Source: Gemmatimonas sp. (GTDB taxonomy: Bacteria; Gemmatimonadota; Gemmatimonadetes; Gemmatimonadales; Gemmatimonadaceae). From it: a stretch of 64,000 nucleotides of DNA. Below are positions 60,720 through 64,000 of the stretch, in pieces. Location: assembly GCA_965279375.1 (NCBI GenBank), contig OZ257156.1:2816001-2880000 (forward strand), given 5' to 3'. Position 1 is the stretch's first letter, and each line of letters opens with the position of its first letter. Below the pieces are notes generated by a model. It worked only from the letters and a program-made list of their open reading frames with translations. It was not told the DNA's origin and did no database searches. The translations under genes were made by a program, and so were the position numbers.

Positions 60720-61499
60720 ATGACCCTCGGGTCATCTGCTCCAACGACGCTGCTCAAATCCGCGCGGGAAATCGAAGTCATGGCGCGTGGCGGAGCGATC
60801 CTCTACGCCACGTTGCAGGAAGCCCGCGCGGCGGTGCGTCCGGGGATTACTACGCTCGAACTCGACACGATCTGCGAATCGTTCATTCGCAGTCATGCGG
60901 GCGCCGAACCTGCCTTCAAGGGACTCTACGGATTTCCGGGCAGCGCGTGCATCTCGGTCAACGAAGAAATCGTGCACGGCATCCCCTCGCGGAAGCGCGT
61001 GCTCCACGAGGGCGACATCGTCACCCTCGACGTTGGCGTGAAGCTCGAAGGGATGTACACCGATTCGGCGATCACCGTCCCCGTCGGCCCCATCGATGAC
61101 CTGACCACGCAACTGCTGGATGTCACGCAGCGCGGGCTCGCTGCGGGCATTGCCGCTGCCACCGTGGACAATCACGTGGGCGACATCGGCGCGGCGATTC
61201 AGACCGTGGTGGAAGCGGAAGGCTTCTCCATCGTGCGCGAACTGGTCGGACACGGCGTCGGCTTCTCGCTCCATGAAGAGCTGCAGATCCCAAACTACGG
61301 CAAGCCCAAGCGAGGCAAGAAGCTGCAGGCCGGGCTCACCATCGCCATCGAACCGATGGTGAACGTTGGGACGGCGAAGACCCGCACGCTGAGCGACAAG
61401 TGGACGGTTGTCACAGCAGACGGAAAGAGGTCTGCGCACTTTGAGCACACGGTGGCCATCACCGATGCTGGCCCCCGCATTCTGACGCTTCCAGGCTGA
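60720..61499 (+). CDS. map: Methionine aminopeptidase type I
   Basis: CISVNEEIVHGIP, GHGVG, AIEPMV, SAHFEHTV. Confidence 0.98.
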   Translation: MTLGSSAPTTLLKSAREIEVMARGGAILYATLQEARAAVRPGITTLELDTICESFIRSHAGAEPAFKGLYGFPGSACISVNEEIVHGIPSRKRVLHEGDIVTLDVGVKLEGMYTDSAITVPVGPIDDLTTQLLDVTQRGLAAGIAAATVDNHVGDIGAAIQTVVEAEGFSIVRELVGHGVGFSLHEELQIPNYGKPKRGKKLQAGLTIAIEPMVNVGTAKTRTLSDKWTVVTADGKRSAHFEHTVAITDAGPRILTLPG

Positions 61500-61510
61500 G
61501 GACTCCGATC

Positions 61511-62083
61511 ATGCGCCCTGCCGCTGTTGCCGTTCGTCTTGCACTGCTCGCATGCGCTGGATTTGCTCCACTCGCCACACTGTCCGCACAGACGCCGCAA
61601 ACGGCGCCCGTGGTGGCGGACCTGATCAAGGACGTTGACGGCACGGCCAAGAAGTTCATCGATCTGGCCAAGGCCACGCCGCCGGAAAAGTTCGGCTGGC
61701 GTCCGGCTGCAGGTGTGCGCTCGGTCGGTGAAGTCTTTCTGCACGTCGCCTCCGACAACTACCTGATTCCGTCCGGATACGGCGTGGCAATCCCCGCGTC
61801 GACGGGTATCAAGGCGACCGACTTCAAGACGCTCGAGACGTACGAAAAGCAGAAGCTTACGCGCGAGCAGATTGTCGCCGAATTGGAGAAGAGCTTCGTG
61901 CACCTCAAGGCAGCGATGGCGCGCACGACATCCGCCGATCTCTCCAAGAGCCTGTCGATGTTCGGCATGACGACGACGCAGCAGGCGATGTGGATCGGTG
62001 GCACGACGCACCTGCACGAGCACCTCGGTCAGTCTATCGCCTACGCGCGCAGCAACGGCGTGACGCCGCCCTGGAGCAAGTAA
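61511..62083 (+). CDS. Exported DinB/YfiT-like four-helix-bundle protein
   Basis: Signal peptide; WRP..GVRSVGEV..H, H..EH.GQ...Y.R..GV.PPW. Confidence 0.85.
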   Translation: MRPAAVAVRLALLACAGFAPLATLSAQTPQTAPVVADLIKDVDGTAKKFIDLAKATPPEKFGWRPAAGVRSVGEVFLHVASDNYLIPSGYGVAIPASTGIKATDFKTLETYEKQKLTREQIVAELEKSFVHLKAAMARTTSADLSKSLSMFGMTTTQQAMWIGGTTHLHEHLGQSIAYARSNGVTPPWSK

Positions 62084-62115
62084 CGCTACGTCAGCTCTGC
62101 ATCGTCACACCGGAA

Positions 62116-62152
62116 CAAAAGCGGCGCGCTCATTCGATGAGCGCGCCGTTTG
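62116..62152. terminator. Bidirectional terminator
   Basis: CAAAAGCGGCGCGCTCAT-TCG-ATGAGCGCGCCGTTTG between convergent genes. Confidence 0.85.
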
Positions 62153-62180
62153 TACATCAGCCTAACTCTGCATTGATACG

Positions 62181-63713
62181 CTAGGCGGGAGTCATCGACC
62201 GTTCGGCGGCGGCTTCCGCCAATCGCGCATTCACAGCGGCGGCATCCAAGCAGGCACGCGCTTCGGTCGCGAGGCGAATGCGCGCGTCGGGCGCATCGTC
62301 GCCGAGCGTGCTGATATTGATGCGCACGTTGAGCACCGCACCCTTGCACGCGGCCTCCGCCATCAGTGCGGCCACGGCGGCATCGGAGACCGCGTTGGTG
62401 TTCCCACGCTCGGCGACCGTCGCTGCGACTTCCGCCACCTGCACCGCGGCGCGCGCAGTTTCCAGCGGGACCTCCGCGGCAAAGATCAGCGCATCGCGGA
62501 TCGCAGCGGCACGTGCCGTAGCTGCACTCTCCGGCTCCTGCGGCATGGCGTACGCGGCGCGCACCTTTTCATAGGCGTCAGCGTCACGCTGCACGAGTGA
62601 CGTGAGTTGTCGACGCAGGGCTGAGGCGCGCAGCGAGAGCGCCTTCATTTCGTCTTCCACGGCGGCGTACTTCTTCCTGCCGACCGTTAGCCCGACAACC
62701 ATCTGCGCGAGCGCGGCGCCGAGGGCACCGGCGTGCGCCGCAACGCTACCGCCGCCGGGCGTGGGCACCGGTGCGGCGATGCGTGAGACGAACGCGTCGA
62801 GCGCTTCACCGCCGCTGACCGCATCGCGTACTGTGTGTTCGAGGAGCATCGCCTTGGAGAAGCCGCGCAGCTGCACGTGCCGCGCGCCTGCATCCAGCAG
62901 CACGCGCTCCGGCACGAGCCCGACGATCTCGCTCCACGTGGGCACCACGCCAAACGCGGCGGCTTCGTTGCGTACGAACTCGTACACGCGATGCAGCGGC
63001 GTCTTTTCCGTGTCCACGAGGTTCATGGACACCTGCGCTTGTCCATCGACTTCGAGCCCGAGCCCCTTCACGTAGCGCAGTCCGCCCGACGAGCCGCGCA
63101 CGGCCTTGGCCACTTCCTTCGCCACGGGAAGATTCGCGGCGTCGCCGAGGTACACGTTGTAGGCGACGAGGAAGGGGCGCGCACCGAAGGCCGTGGCGCC
63201 GGCCGTGGGATGCAGCGCGGCGTCGCCGAAGTCGGGGCGACGTGCGGCGTTCGTCGTCACCTCGTCACGCAGCCCTTCGAATTCACCGCGCCGCACGTCG
63301 GCGAGGTTCTCGCGAGCCGGCGTAGCGGCCGCGCGTTCGTACAGGTAGCTGGGGATGCCCAACTCGCGCCACGCGCGCTCACCCAGCTCACGCGCGAGGC
63401 CGATGCAGTCGTCCATCGTGGCGCCGTCGAGCGGGATGAACGGCACAACGTCGGTGGCGCCGATGCGTGGATGCTCGCCGTGATGTTTGGTGAGATCGAT
63501 GAGATCGCGCGCCACACGCATTGCGTTGAACGCCGCGGTCACCGCGCCGTCGAGCGGCGCAACGAAGGTGATGACCGTGCGGTGGTGCGACGGATCGCTC
63601 GAGACATCGAGGACGTGGGCACCGGGAGAGTTGGCGATCGCATCGCGAATGGCGGCGATGACTGCGGGATCTCGGCCTTCAGAGAAATTCGGGACGCATT
63701 CGACGAGAGACAT
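62181..63713 (-). CDS. ftcD: Bifunctional glutamate formimidoyltransferase / formimidoyltetrahydrofolate cyclodeaminase
   Basis: LVECVPNFSEGRD, HPRIGATDVVPF, VRRGEFEG, QVSMNL; C-terminal PTPGGGS, GN.NAVSD, A.LNV.IN. Confidence 0.93.
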   Translation of the reverse strand: MSLVECVPNFSEGRDPAVIAAIRDAIANSPGAHVLDVSSDPSHHRTVITFVAPLDGAVTAAFNAMRVARDLIDLTKHHGEHPRIGATDVVPFIPLDGATMDDCIGLARELGERAWRELGIPSYLYERAAATPARENLADVRRGEFEGLRDEVTTNAARRPDFGDAALHPTAGATAFGARPFLVAYNVYLGDAANLPVAKEVAKAVRGSSGGLRYVKGLGLEVDGQAQVSMNLVDTEKTPLHRVYEFVRNEAAAFGVVPTWSEIVGLVPERVLLDAGARHVQLRGFSKAMLLEHTVRDAVSGGEALDAFVSRIAAPVPTPGGGSVAAHAGALGAALAQMVVGLTVGRKKYAAVEDEMKALSLRASALRRQLTSLVQRDADAYEKVRAAYAMPQEPESAATARAAAIRDALIFAAEVPLETARAAVQVAEVAATVAERGNTNAVSDAAVAALMAEAACKGAVLNVRINISTLGDDAPDARIRLATEARACLDAAAVNARLAEAAAERSMTPA

Positions 63714-63751
63714 GGGCGGGACGCGGCGGGAGATTGGTGGGATCGTGGATG

Positions 63752-64000
63752 CTACGCCTGACGGGGACCGACAGCCAGTTGTTGCAGCAGCCAGTCGTGC
63801 ATCACGCCGTTGCTGGCGACGATCGGTCCGCCGTGCAGCGTCGCGTCGTTCCCGTCGAGATCCGTTGCGCGGCCACCGGCCTCGCGCACGATGAGAATGC
63901 CCGCCGCGAGGTCCCAGGGCGCGAGATACAGCTCCCAGAAGCCGTCGAAGCGACCGCAGGCCACGTCGCACAGATCCAGCGCCGCCGCCCCCGCGCGGCG
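63752..64000 (-). CDS. Inositol monophosphatase family protein, 3' part (runs off window end)
   Basis: RRAGAAALDLC.VACGRFDGFWE..L.PWD.AAG.LIVREAGG. Confidence 0.88.
   Translation of the reverse strand, partial: RRAGAAALDLCDVACGRFDGFWELYLAPWDLAAGILIVREAGGRATDLDGNDATLHGGPIVASNGVMHDWLLQQLAVGPRQA

Overview
High-GC bacterial chromosome segment, most likely Gemmatimonadota. That assignment is inferred from the divergent EF-Tu switch I, the RNA polymerase insertions and the Ser/Thr kinase architecture; no database was checked. The backbone is the core translation/transcription supercluster: 3' end of cysS, tRNA-Thr/Tyr/Gly, tRNA-Thr, rpmG-secE-nusG-rplKAJL-rpoBC, rpsL-rpsG, then fusA-tuf-S10-spc through secY-adk-map, followed by a DinB-like gene, a fused ftcd and a partial inositol monophosphatase gene. 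Accessory DNA interrupts this backbone at four normally tight junctions. (1) About 5.5 kb between tRNA-Gly and tRNA-Thr carries a FecR-domain exported protein next to a membrane CHASE2-TIR fusion. (2) A flavin monooxygenase sits where tuf often lies, between tRNA-Thr and rpmG. (3) A Ser/Thr kinase and a lipoprotein lie between rpoC and rpsL. (4) About 19.9 kb splits rpsG from fusA. This last block encodes a sigma54-preceded PEP-CTERM protein, a dTDP-3-acylamido-dideoxyhexose pathway, a polyprenyl-phosphate GT2, three GT-C (PMT/ArnT-like) transferases, a PilZ-bearing cellulose-synthase-like GT2 coupled to a TPR/beta-barrel exporter (no BcsB), a CEMIP/TMEM2-like G8 lipoprotein and an orphan MotA/ExbB + ExbD-like pair. 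The best candidates for undescribed systems are this decorated-polysaccharide/surface-glycosylation locus and the FecR + CHASE2-TIR module. No integrase, transposase, CRISPR array or rRNA was seen.
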